Assembly (NCBI RefSeq): GCF_018977255.1
Contig: NW_024704743.1
Span: 32,304,001-32,368,000, forward strand
Length of the DNA stretch: 64,000 bases
Source of the DNA: Callorhinchus milii
Lineage: Eukaryota
Reading direction: 5' to 3'
The notes beneath the pieces are model-generated. The model did not search any database. It was not told where the DNA came from and saw only the letters and a list, made by a program, of their open reading frames with translations. A program made the translations under genes and the position numbers. Positions 12,501 to 24,500 of the stretch are shown in pieces. The first letter of the stretch is position 1. The number at the start of each line of letters is the position of its first letter.

Positions 12501-15500
12501 TAGATGGCCTTGAATGCGAAGCTGAACAGAAAAATATGAATTGGTTGATGAACGAAATGCTGAGGAAAATAAACTCTTTTTTGTTGGGTGAAATGATTTG
12601 TATTTCCACAAGACAGGTCCAAAGGCAGATATAGGAATATTGTAAAACTGTTTTTTCATTACTTTCTGAGTGCACAATTCTAGGCTGATTTGGGTTAGTG
12701 GCCAAGTTGAATTTAATGTAGTTTCCAAAAGACATTTGGCTTTGTCCCTTATTACTTTTGTCTATAGTTCAGTTGTTTGTTAGTGAAATGTCTAGTGAGA
12801 AAAATAATAATATATATAATAATAATTCTTGCATTTGATATCGTGTTTTTCACGTCTTCTGGACGTCTAAAGAGTTTCACAGAAAATACTGTAAAGTTAA
12901 TTGACTGTATATTTTGTGGGCGAAATGCGGCAGCCAATTACGCACAGCAGTGTCCCATAAATAGTCGTGGATTGAGTGACCAAATTATTATTGTTTTCTT
13001 TTCTTGAGGGATTATTATCATGCGTCCCTCTCTGCCCCGAAAAAGCTGCCCTCTCTGACCTGAAATAGTTACCACCAAGAACAACAACTTGCATTTATCA
13101 TGCTGGGTAGCATCCCGGGGCGTTTTACAGAGTCTGACAACGAGCCAGGGTGCAATAGAGAGGATAGGTGACCTTAAGCATGATCAAAAAGTAAGTTCTT
13201 TAGGTGGCATTTGAAGGGAGAGAGGGAGGGAGCAAGGATTGAAGGATAGAGTTCTAGAGTTTCAGAGCCAGTGACTGAAGAAACTAGGAGACCAGAGCCA
13301 GTCAAGTGGAGGCGGCAGGTGGGGGTAAGCAGGTCAGACAGGTAGGGAGGTGTGAAGGAATGGATTGTTTTGAAAACAAGTGAGAGGATCTTGAAATCGT
13401 TCCGTTCGGTGATTGGGAGCCAGTGGAGCTTGGCAAGGACTAGTGTGATGTGGGCATGGAGTTTCATGCGGGTGAGCATCTGGGCAGCGGAGTCTTGAAT
13501 TAATAGGATTTTGTGTGTGCTGGAGCTGGAGAGACTAGCGAGGAGGGCATTGAAGTAGTCCAGCCAGGAAGTGACGAAGGCGTGGACAAGGGTTTCAACT
13601 GGGTTGGTTGTGAGGTATAGACGGAGGCGGGCAATGTGGCGGGGTGGAAAAAATTGTCTTAATCTGGGAACGGATGTGGGGTAGAAAAAAAAGTTGGGAA
13701 TTGAACCTGACGCCTAAGTTGTGTACGGTTTCAGAGAGTCTGAGGGAGAGCCCAGGAGGTTGAGGATTTCAGACCCGCAGGAGAGAAGACATTGACGGGA
13801 GCCAAAGAGTATGGCTTCTGTCTTGCTGACATTTAGTTGCAGGAAATTTGAGCTCATCCAGTTAGCTTCCTGGCATGATTAAGCTCACAGATACATGCAA
13901 AGGCTCAGAGCTCTCTGAGACCATTAGCACAGCCCAGTGCATCTTAAAATAACCATCAACCTTTTAGCTTGGAAGGATGCCATTTCTGTATCCAGTTTTG
14001 CGATCTGGATCTAAATCACAAGATGGTGAGAAATAAACATAGCAGAAAATAGTTCTCCAGAAATTGAACGTGAAATGACTGTGTACGGGGGAGCAATTGG
14101 TGTGTAATTCTATCAGATTAGTCTTCAGTTATTCTAGACAGTGGTGGGCAAAATACGGCCCGCGGGCCATATCCAGACCGCCAAATGATTCTATCTGGCC
14201 CGTCATTGTGACGGCAATAGAAAAAATTATAGTTCGTTCAGTCCCAGAAAGTCCCACAAATTTTCACATTTGATTCTAACCGGGAACATCAGGCAATCGC
14301 ACTGCTTAGTTGTGCGCACGCTCGCTTAAGGGTTGAATCAGACTGACGTCAGAAATGTACGGATCAGCAAATTTTCAAACACGTGTGCGGCAACCGTGGC
14401 TATACTTTTCACTGAAGAGGACGTTCATTCGAAATGAGTTTATCAAAGAAGCAGAAAGTGGACGCTGAAGGCCAAATATTCAACAAAGAATGGACTTCTA
14501 AATATTTTTTTAGCATTGTGCATGGAAAATAAAACAAATAAAATAAAAAAATTAAAAATAAAATACATAAAGAAAATAAAAGCAGTGTGCAGTTACAAAA
14601 TAAAGTAAGCAATTTTGCATGTTTTTCACTGGCACTCGATGAGAGTTGTGATGTCAAAGATACAGCCTAGTTTTTAAAATTAAAAATAATTTTTATTCGA
14701 GGCATCACCAAACATTTTGAGCTCACAGAAGAATTGGCATCAATGCAGTCAATGAAAGATAGGACAACTGGAGAAGACTTTTTAGAGGCAGTAAATAAGC
14801 GTATCTTAAAATTAGGAGTGGAGTGGAAAAAAAGTGGTGAATGTGACCACCAATGGAAGCCCAAATCTGACAAAAATGTTGGGTTACTGAAAAGAATTCA
14901 AGATCAAGTCAAAGAAACAAATCCAGAATAGAACATTGTTTTTCTACACTGCATTATCCACAAAGAGGTCCTCTGTAAGAGTGTTCTAAAACTAAGCAAT
15001 GTCGTGGACACAGTTACGAAAGTGGTCAACTACATTCGAGCAAGAGGATTAAACCACAGGCAATTTGTAACTGCTTGAGGAATTGGAATCCGAGCACACG
15101 GATGTTGTGTAACACACGAATGTAAGATGGCTAAGTTTAGGAAAGGTCTTGAAAAGAGTGTGGGAACTGAGAACTGAGATTGATTTTTGAACACGAAACA
15201 AAAAGATTTGGATTTCCCACAGCTGAATGATGCAAATTGCGCTCTGATTTTGCATTTGCCGTTGATATCATGGGCCACATGAATGAACTGAATTCAAAAC
15301 TGCAACGGAAGGGAGCCTTTGTGCACGATTTGTATTGCAATGTCAAGTCATTTATGACGAAATTATTTATTTTATCGCGTCAGATAGGAAACAGGCAGTT
15401 CACCCACTTTCCAACTTTGCATCAGGTTACTATTTGTGATCAAAGCCTTAAAAAGTATACTTCGTCACTGTTTGACTTTCATGCTGAATTTTCTCGCCGA

Positions 15501-18500
15501 TTCCAGGATTTCAATTTGATTGAAAATGACCTGTCTTTGATCTCTTCATCTTTCTCATTTGATGTTGACAATGCCCCATTTGACCTCCAACTCGAGCTTA
15601 TTGACCTGCAATGTGATCCATTGCTTGCAGAGCAATTCAAATCAGTGCTGCTTCCCAGTTTTTACGCCTCTCTTAATGAATATACATTTCCAAAAATAAA
15701 GGCTCATGCCTGGAGGATGCTTTGCTGTTTGGATCAACGTACACATGCGAGGAGACATTTTATGTGATGAAATTTAATAAATCAAAAACATAGATCTGTA
15801 CTCCACATTGCAACAGCGGAGACGATGCCTGACTTCAATTGTCTGGTTAGCACACATCAGCACTTTCATTCTTCCCATTGAGTGAGCTTCTCACCTTCTC
15901 ATCAATATGTGAATAAATGAATAAATATCGAATAAATGTCTGCTCAATGAGTTGTTTTTATTTAACTTAATTTTAGTGAATGTCAATTATATAGACTATT
16001 TTATGCATGTACAAGTGTAAGACTTGATGTTGAGCTATTATTAAGCATTTGTATCTATATTAAGTGTGTGGCCCACAAAGCTTACCAAAACTCGTGAAGT
16101 GACCCGCCAGCCAAAATAATTGCCCACTCCTGCTTTAAACTATATTTCTGTTAAATGACTGCTAGAATTATTCTGTTTTTCTAGCCATCTTTGAAACATT
16201 TTTAAAAAATGTCCAGTGTCATTTGGCTCAGTTAATATCACTCTTGTCTTTGGGCTTGTGTGTTACAATAAAACACAAATTTACATTAATATAACACCTT
16301 TCATATTGGGAGGATGCCCCAAGGAGTTTAACAATAGCAACTAGGAACTCCAGCTGGGGGTGGGATACAAGGGGTGGCGGGAGGGGAAGGTTGACCAAAA
16401 GCCCAGTCAAACAGTGAGGTCTTGAGATTGACCTTGAAAGCTCAACCATAGAATTTCACCTCATCTAGAACTCCCCAATTCAGTGCTGGGAGAACATTAC
16501 ATTGTTGGAGGAGTTGTCTTTTAGAAGAGATATTAAACTGAGGCCATGTTATTCAGGTGGATTTTATAAAGAATCCATGATACTATTTTGTAGAGCAAAA
16601 GCTCTCCTGTACATTATCCCATATTCTTCCTTCATCCAAATTCACCAAAATAAATTAATTGGTCCCATGGTGTTTGTTTGTCAGACGTCACTGGTGCACA
16701 TTACCTGCCAGTTTATCTACGTAATAATCATTCCATATCAAAGTAACTTAATGGTTGAAATACTTTGAAACATGTTGATGTGCTGAGGCGCTGTATAAAA
16801 TGTAAGCAATCTGGCTTGACTCTGGGTCAGAGGCCTCACATTGGAATATTTCACAGTTTGGGGTGACAATTCAGTTCAGTAATGTCAAAAGTGCAATCTT
16901 TTGGCTGCTGAGGGCTGTACGCCTTAACATAACATTTCCAGGTTATGGAGGGAGCGAGTGGGCTATCTGAAATGGGAGGCCTTGGTACTGTTGAAAAAGA
17001 GAAAGGTAGATTCTCCCTGTATCTGGGTCAACTGTTTCCCAGGTAAAATTGGTCATTCATTTTACGGCTGTTTGTGGTACATTGCAAGGCATACGTATAG
17101 CTGATCCTTCAGAGCGCCAGCAATGGCAAACTCAGAGAGAATGGACTTATAATAATGATCCTTGCATTTGATATAGCACCTTATCATGTCTTCGAGACGT
17201 CTCACAGAATATACTGTAAAGTGAATTTGCTGTATTTTTTGTGGGAGAAACGCGGCAGCCAATTGCACACAGCAGTGTCCCACAAACAGTGGAGGATTGA
17301 GTAACCAAATAATTTTTTTGTTTGTTTTTGAAGGGATTATTACCCCAGAAAATAGTGTTATTCACTGCCAACAAATTGGGAAAATCACAATCCCGAACGC
17401 CAGCAAAGGTTGTTCTGTGGCCATTTTGTTTTGGAGAAATTATTACTCCTGGAAAAGCGATCCGCCAATTGGCTAACAACCGGGTTCCTACTTACTGCTA
17501 GGTAAACAGAGGCATGTGGAGTAAGGAAACTTGCCCAAAGTTTCGCTCTTCGCATGAATCAAACCCAGGTCTCTCACTTGCGAGGCGAGTGCTCTAACCA
17601 CTGAGCTACAGAACTCCATAATGTAGCCCACAGGGGTCGAGGCATTGATTGGGAAATCCCCAAAACTTGGAATGTTTTTTGTTCCATCCAAGTGCAGGCT
17701 GAGCAAAGTCACTTATAGATTGCACATCTTTGTTATTATTTTTGGATGGTGGGTGAAGGGCTGTGTTTGTGTGTTTCTGTTTGTTACTGCCAGTCTCTGA
17801 AGTGCTGTGTCTGTTTGTTACTTAGGCTCTGAAGTGTTGTGTGTCTTTGCTTGCAGATCCTGTACAGAATGTCGTGCAGATTCTCGAGAAGCAGTACCTG
17901 GAGGAGAAACATAATGCACTGGAAGAGCAGCGGCTGATGTATGAACGGGAGCTGGAACTGCTTCGGCAGCAGCTATCCCCAGACAAACTGCACAGACACA
18001 GCATCGAGAGGCTGTCCTTCACCTCACAAACCGCACAGCAGAAAGTCAAACTTTGGTCTGAAGAGAGGTAGGTAGGAGGAGTCCAAGGTGGAAAATGGTA
18101 CAATTCATAACTTTGTTTGCTAAAGTACTTGGTGTGCTAAATCAAATTGGCTTCCGCAGCCGATTAAGAGAGTCTGTAACATGAGTCAACTTTAATATGA
18201 ATGTAAAAAGGCAAAACAGCAAAAACCTTTAAATTGTCCCTCCATTGAAGTGCTTTGAAATCATCGTCCAGAGTGAACGGCATGTAAATGCTTGGTGTAG
18301 TAGTGTTACACTGTATGTTGGTGAAGTGTCGGGGATTTATCCATAAATCACTTAAGTGATCCCATTTAACCATTAGCAGCATGGGCATCTTATAGGTGGC
18401 AAAGGCTTGTCAGGGTGACCTGACGGAAAGAATGGAAGCTGCTTACCATTTGTTTGTCTCTCTTTGTTGCAGAGATCAGCTGTTCCGGCACAGCCTGGCC

Positions 18501-21500
18501 AAGCTGAGAGAGCAGATAGTGAGAGCCAACACTTTGGTGAGAGAGGCCAACTTTCTGGCAGAAGAGATGACCAAGCAGACGGATTACCAAGTCACCCTGC
18601 AAATCCCAGCAGCAAACCTCAGTGCTAACAGAAAGGTAGGCTACTGTCACCTTGGCCTCCACCTTCACTCCACTGTATTTGGTTTCAACTCCAGCCTAAA
18701 GATCAGTTTATAACATTCTACCTTAGCTTCTATCTGTAAAATATCATCGTACACTCCTCCTCCCATTGGTCAACAAGAAATGACTGCAGAAAGCTGTGAT
18801 TGTGAGAGGCTGCTCTCCCCCCAGGTATTGCACCTCACTTGTCATTAGGAGGTCGGTTTCAGCCAGGCTCATTTGGAGACACTCTTATCTGAGTCAGAAG
18901 GTTGTGGGTTCAAGCTCCCACTTCAGCAGTTGGAACTCACAAAATCTGAGATGACACTCCAATGCAGTGATGGGGTATGCTACATTGTTCAAGGTGCCAT
19001 CCTCCAGATGAATCATTAAACTGAGGCCTGTCTGCATATTTATTGAACATTAACAATCCCATGGCACTATTCAAAAAGAAAAGGGAGTTTCTCCCAGTAT
19101 CCTAGCAAACAATCCCCCAAATAAAATTGGTCATTCACTTCATGGGGGTTTGTGGGACATTGTTGTGTGCAAGTTACAGTACATCATATGAAGCGCTTCG
19201 AGATTTTACAAAGATTTACAAAGAATGTACATCACAGAAACCGGTTTCTCAGGCCAACCAGACCGTGCCGCTGTTTATGCTCCACATGAGTCTTCACCCA
19301 TTCCGTATTCTCACCCATACCCTCTGTTCCTCTCTTCCTCATGTAAAGTTCTAGCTTCATCTTGAAATTATCTGCATCATCTGATTCAACCATTGCCTCA
19401 GGCAGCAAGTTCTACAATCTCATTACGCGCTGCATGAAGCAACTCTTAAATTTTCTGTTAGATCCCCTAGTTGCTATCATATATAAATGTAATTTTGTTG
19501 TTGTTGTTGTGTTCCCTGGAGATGTCCTCCAAACGTGAAAGTCACTGTATCAAATATAAGGATTATCAGCATTTATTATTCCCTTGAAATTCACATTTAT
19601 TTTGCTACAATCCCATGGCACTATCTTGCCAGCTTGAAAAGTCTCATATCTGGGTAATGTCGGTTTGAGTGCAGAGCTGGCATCAACTTAGTTTTTCCTT
19701 CCCCCACCACCAAAATATAGATGCTGACCACAAAGTTATGGAATTGTCTTATTGTCCCTCCATACAAAGGATGCTTAAGGTGAGGACGTGGAGTCTTGTA
19801 GCTCAGTAGTTAGAGCACTAGCCTTGTAAGCGAGAGACCTGGGTTCGATTCCCAGTAGGGTGAAACCTTGGGAAAGTTTCCTTACTCCACACACCTGATA
19901 ATAATCCCACAAGAAAAAAAAACAATAATAATTTGGACACTCAATCCACAACTGTTTGTGGGACACTGCTTTGAGCAATTGGCTGCCGCGTTTTGCCCAC
20001 AAATATACAGTCAATTAACTTTACAGTCTATTCTGTGAAGCACTTTGAGACGTCTAGAAGACGTAAAAAGCGCTATATCAAATGCAATGATTATTACTAT
20101 TATTAATTCACTCAGTGAAAAAACAACTCTGCAGTGGGAAGATGACAGAATGCATATTCTGGAAGATTAAGCTCAAATGGGCAAAAAAGAGGCTTTTATA
20201 TCCCTTCTTTTGTGATTTGTGGAGTAAAATCTCTGTGGCGGCATTGCCAGTGTAGCCAAACGCTACCTTCCTTCTGTTTCTACTGTCTCTGATGTACACT
20301 CCTGAAAGGCTTCTGTACTTTATCTTCCTTCCTTCCTTCCTTCCCAGGCATTACTTTATTTCATTTGTTTCATGTTTAGCCGTTTATATTTGCCTGTGCT
20401 TTTTGGTCTGCAGCTTCCTAACCTGTCCATCTGGAATGTTGAGAATATTTGAGGGGTTTCAAGAGCAGTTAATCCGACTTGCATCTGTTCCTGACCCCAG
20501 AATCTCTGTAGCTGTCTTGAATCTATTCATTGTTACTTGTTGCTTACGATTGCCTTTGCGCAATAAATCCAAGTCTGCGTATTGTACGCATGCACAGTGA
20601 TGTGTTTTTAAGACACTTTTTAAGAAGGCAGTGATTTGATTTGATAAAAGCAGCACTTTTATTCGGCTGTGTAGCTTGTTTCCGTGCTGTATATTGTTTG
20701 TCAATCTTTGTAAATCCTTGCTTCCCAAGTATTTATCTCCCTTTCAGGACCTACAGTTACTTCTATATCAGTGGCCTGTGGGGCTAATTGCTTATCACTG
20801 GTTTGGTAGACTTGACTACCCTTTCTTAGATCTAATATGTGCTAGCTACTCATTTTACTGTAAGTGATTTCTGTTATTGTCACTTGTTCAAAACAGAGAG
20901 GAGCGATTGTGAGTGAGCCAGCGATTCAAGTGCGGCGCAGGGGAAAAGGCACCCAAGTGTGGACCATTGAGAAGCTGGAGAACAAACTGATTGACATGAG
21001 GGATCTCTATCAGGACTGGAAGGAGAAGGATATGGTGGAGTATGTGAGTATGAGGGGAACCTTTACAAAACTAATTCTAAGGTGGAAATCCTGGGGTTGG
21101 GGTCGGGCGAGAAGGGACGTAAGTTTCCATAAAATCAACTGTTAGAAACTGGACGCATTATATTGTGGCTGCTGACGCTTACTTTCTGGGTGGCTGGGAT
21201 TACCTGCTGATGTTGCCGATGCTCCTTGCAGTTCCTGAGCTGAAAGCTGGCTGGTCAGGGGTGGCTTCTTGTGCTCCCTTCTCATTTTGCTCAGGTTCAA
21301 TGTATTACCAATTAGATCATTATTTGGGGAGGACAAGTGTGCAGGGCTACGGGGAGAGAGCGTGGGAAGTGGGATTGAATTGGATAGCTTTTCTTCAAAG
21401 AGCCGGCACAGACATGATGGGCCACAAATGGCCTCCTTCTGTGCTGTATAATTCTACGATTCCATGATGCCATGTTACCCATGTTATGTTGGCAGATACA

Positions 21501-24500
21501 CCCCTATTGACAGGTACCATATTACCATTGTATCTTTCTATCCTATTGCAGTACAATAAAATTCTCAGTAAACGTGGGGATCCTTTCTACGAGGCTCAGG
21601 AAAACCATAACCTGATTGGTGTAGCGAATGTCTTCTTGGAGTGTCTGTATCACGATGTGAGGCTTCAGTATGCGGTTCCTATCATCAGCCAGCAGGGGGA
21701 GGTAAGCGGAGCCCTGCATCGTCTCATGTTAAACTCAGACTTTTTCTGAGGCTTTCTGCGTGCTTCCAGCTGATCAGATCACTTCAGATTTCAAATGGTT
21801 TTGGCGCTTCCTATCTCGAACACTAACTGGGATATTGGTCGTTACCAAAATGCCATTATTTTCTAAATACCCCAGTAAAATCCTAGAGGGGTAATTGAAT
21901 TTAGTATCAAAACAATCTGCAGCACTGGAACAGGCTGTCCAACCAAACTAGTCTACACACATCTCCACCTGTCCTAACAACCCCTTGCTAATCTCCTCAT
22001 TATCATCTATTCCTTTTTTTTCTCATATAACACGCAAGGGTTGAAAATGCAGCATTGGCAATTTGCTGTGCCAATTGGGAGAATTAGGAAAATCACAATC
22101 ACGAAGGCTGGCAAAGCTGGTTCTGTGGCCATCTTTTCAGGCCAATTGCTGGACTTTTCGAGTTTTTTCCAAGCTAGAAGTTTTAGCCCCACTGAAAGGT
22201 CTGTTCGTGTTTCCAGGTAGCCGGACGACTGCATGTGGAGCTCATGCGTGTGAGCGGTGCTGTTCCCGAGCGTCTGGAAGGCGGGGATGATTCCTCTGAG
22301 AACTCCAGCGAAAGCGGGAGCTACGAAGTCATGGACAGCAATGGCGAAATCGTGCACATGGCAAAGAAATTAACCTGCAGGGTAAGCGAGACAATCCTCT
22401 TCCCATTAAAACATCATTGAGAGGTGTCAGCGACGTGTATTAATAATAATACTGTACAGTTTACATATGTATAGCACCTTTCACATCAGGAGGATGTCCC
22501 AAAATGCATTCACAATGCTGGACACCTGAGCTGAGATCAAGATATACTACAATCCTTGCAGTGGCAATTATTCTTGTGTGAGGCTTCATGGAGATGGTGA
22601 GTAGTGATGGGATGATCCAAGGCAAGAACATCACAACAATGACCAACACTGCCCACAGCTGACAGCCATACTCACGCAGGGGTTTCTGCATAGTGTTCAA
22701 GAGCACGACTCCAGCTTATTTTTTATCCCTGTTCTCCCAATCCAAGCAGTACTGAGGTCAACCATATTGGCCTATCTTTTACTGAGATAAGGAAACTCAG
22801 CACAGACCGGGATTCGAACTTGCAACTTTCTTGTCTCTGTTAGCCGAAACCATTGAGAATCTATACCTATGTACAGGACTGGAATGAACAGATATGACTA
22901 CACCAGTGGCTCTTGACGTGTGTTGCATGCTAGACATTGGCTTATTTAGGTAACTGTTGGTGCTTGGTGTGAATCCTCTGTTTACATCATCGATATGTAC
23001 ATTTTTGAATCTGAGGATAATTTCTAATCCTTGAAATAACATGCATCTCATGTTGTTTCATTAACATGACAGGTAAAAATAAAAGAAGCGACAGGATTGC
23101 CCCCCAACCTCTCAAACTTTGTCTTCTGCCAATACACCTTTTGGGATCACTCCGAACAAACAGTGGCTCCTCCCATGGTTAACCCAGATATGCCGTCCAT
23201 TCAAAACAAGGCTGTTCAATATACTGTCAAATTCGACCACTGTAAGGTAAGCTTTTTATTCTGCATTGGATGAAACTGAGTGAATATGGCACATGCTACA
23301 GTAGCAACCCATTTAAATAAAAAAAAAGTTATGGTTTCACAACAACAACAAGTTTACATTTATATAGTGCCTTTCACGTTGAGAGCTGAACAGTGTACAG
23401 CATTCAGACCCGAGCTGGGGTCAGGGGGGGAGAGGGGAAGGGAAGGGGGGTGGCCGATGGCATGGTCGAAGAGGAGGGTTTTAAGGCGGGACTTGAAGGA
23501 GGCTAAGGAGGGGGCGAGGCGGAATGATTGGGGGATGGAATTCCAGAGGTTGGAGGCAGAATGGCTGAAGACTCTCCCGCCAATGGTGGGGTGGGTAGGT
23601 CGGGGGACGTGGAGGAGGGAGTGGGCGGGTTGGTAGTGGGTTAGGAGGTCACTGAAATAGGGTGGGGCGAGGCTTTGTAGGTGAAGATCTTGAACTGGAT
23701 CCTCTGAAGGATAGGGAGCCAACGGAGTTGGGTGAGAACTGGGGAGATGGGGGTCACAAAGTTTTACATGTGAATATTTAAGAGAATTCTGGGATATAAT
23801 TTGCAAAAGGATTTGTAAATAGAGAAACACGGATACCTGGAACTGCTCAGTCACCCACTTTTTGGAAGTCAAAGCTGAGATCAGTGCCCAAGTGGAGTTC
23901 CCATGGGTTGGTTGGGACACATTCGGGATTCACCATTTACAAATCCCCATGTCAAACGTGAGACTTCATATCCCAGTTGTGGCATTTACTCAGGCTTTGA
24001 TGCATTGTTGCAGGATTTTGTGGTACATGTTACCGAGGAGTTCCTGGAGTTTATTTCAGAAGGAGCTCTAGCAATTGAAGTATGGGGCCATCGATGCGCA
24101 GGTAATGGCAGGACCCACTGGGAGGTTGATGCACTGCAAGCAAAAACTCGCACACTGCGAGACAGGTAGGGAGATACTCAAGTTACAGTACTTCTCTTCA
24201 GTCTGTAATATGTTATCAATAACTATTCTGCAAAACCATGATATGAATGGTCAGTTTTATGTGCCCTTCCCTTTCAAACACAGTCATGCGATCTTTAACA
24301 GGCACCCGAGAAACAAGCAGTCAAGGTCTCTGCTTGTCTCAACCATAGACCAGCACCTCCGACAACATTGGTCTCCCCTTCTGGTCTGCACCAGAGGGTC
24401 AGCCTAGATTCTGACTTCAAGTCCCACTGTGGTTTTGAACACAAAGCTGAGGCAGCTATAATTGGAAGCGAGTGTGGAGCAGACATGCTGTCCTCAAACC

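Noticed and set aside
15237..15767. 176-aa ORF as a functional transposase or GTF2IRD2-like gene
   Set aside because: It is only a fragment between frameshifts and stops in a decayed element.
19790..19860. tRNA-like sequences with A/B boxes (also 29475, 30510, 47211, 10120-10192)
   Set aside because: They are SINE heads: each continues into the SINE core and tail and lacks a clean cloverleaf.
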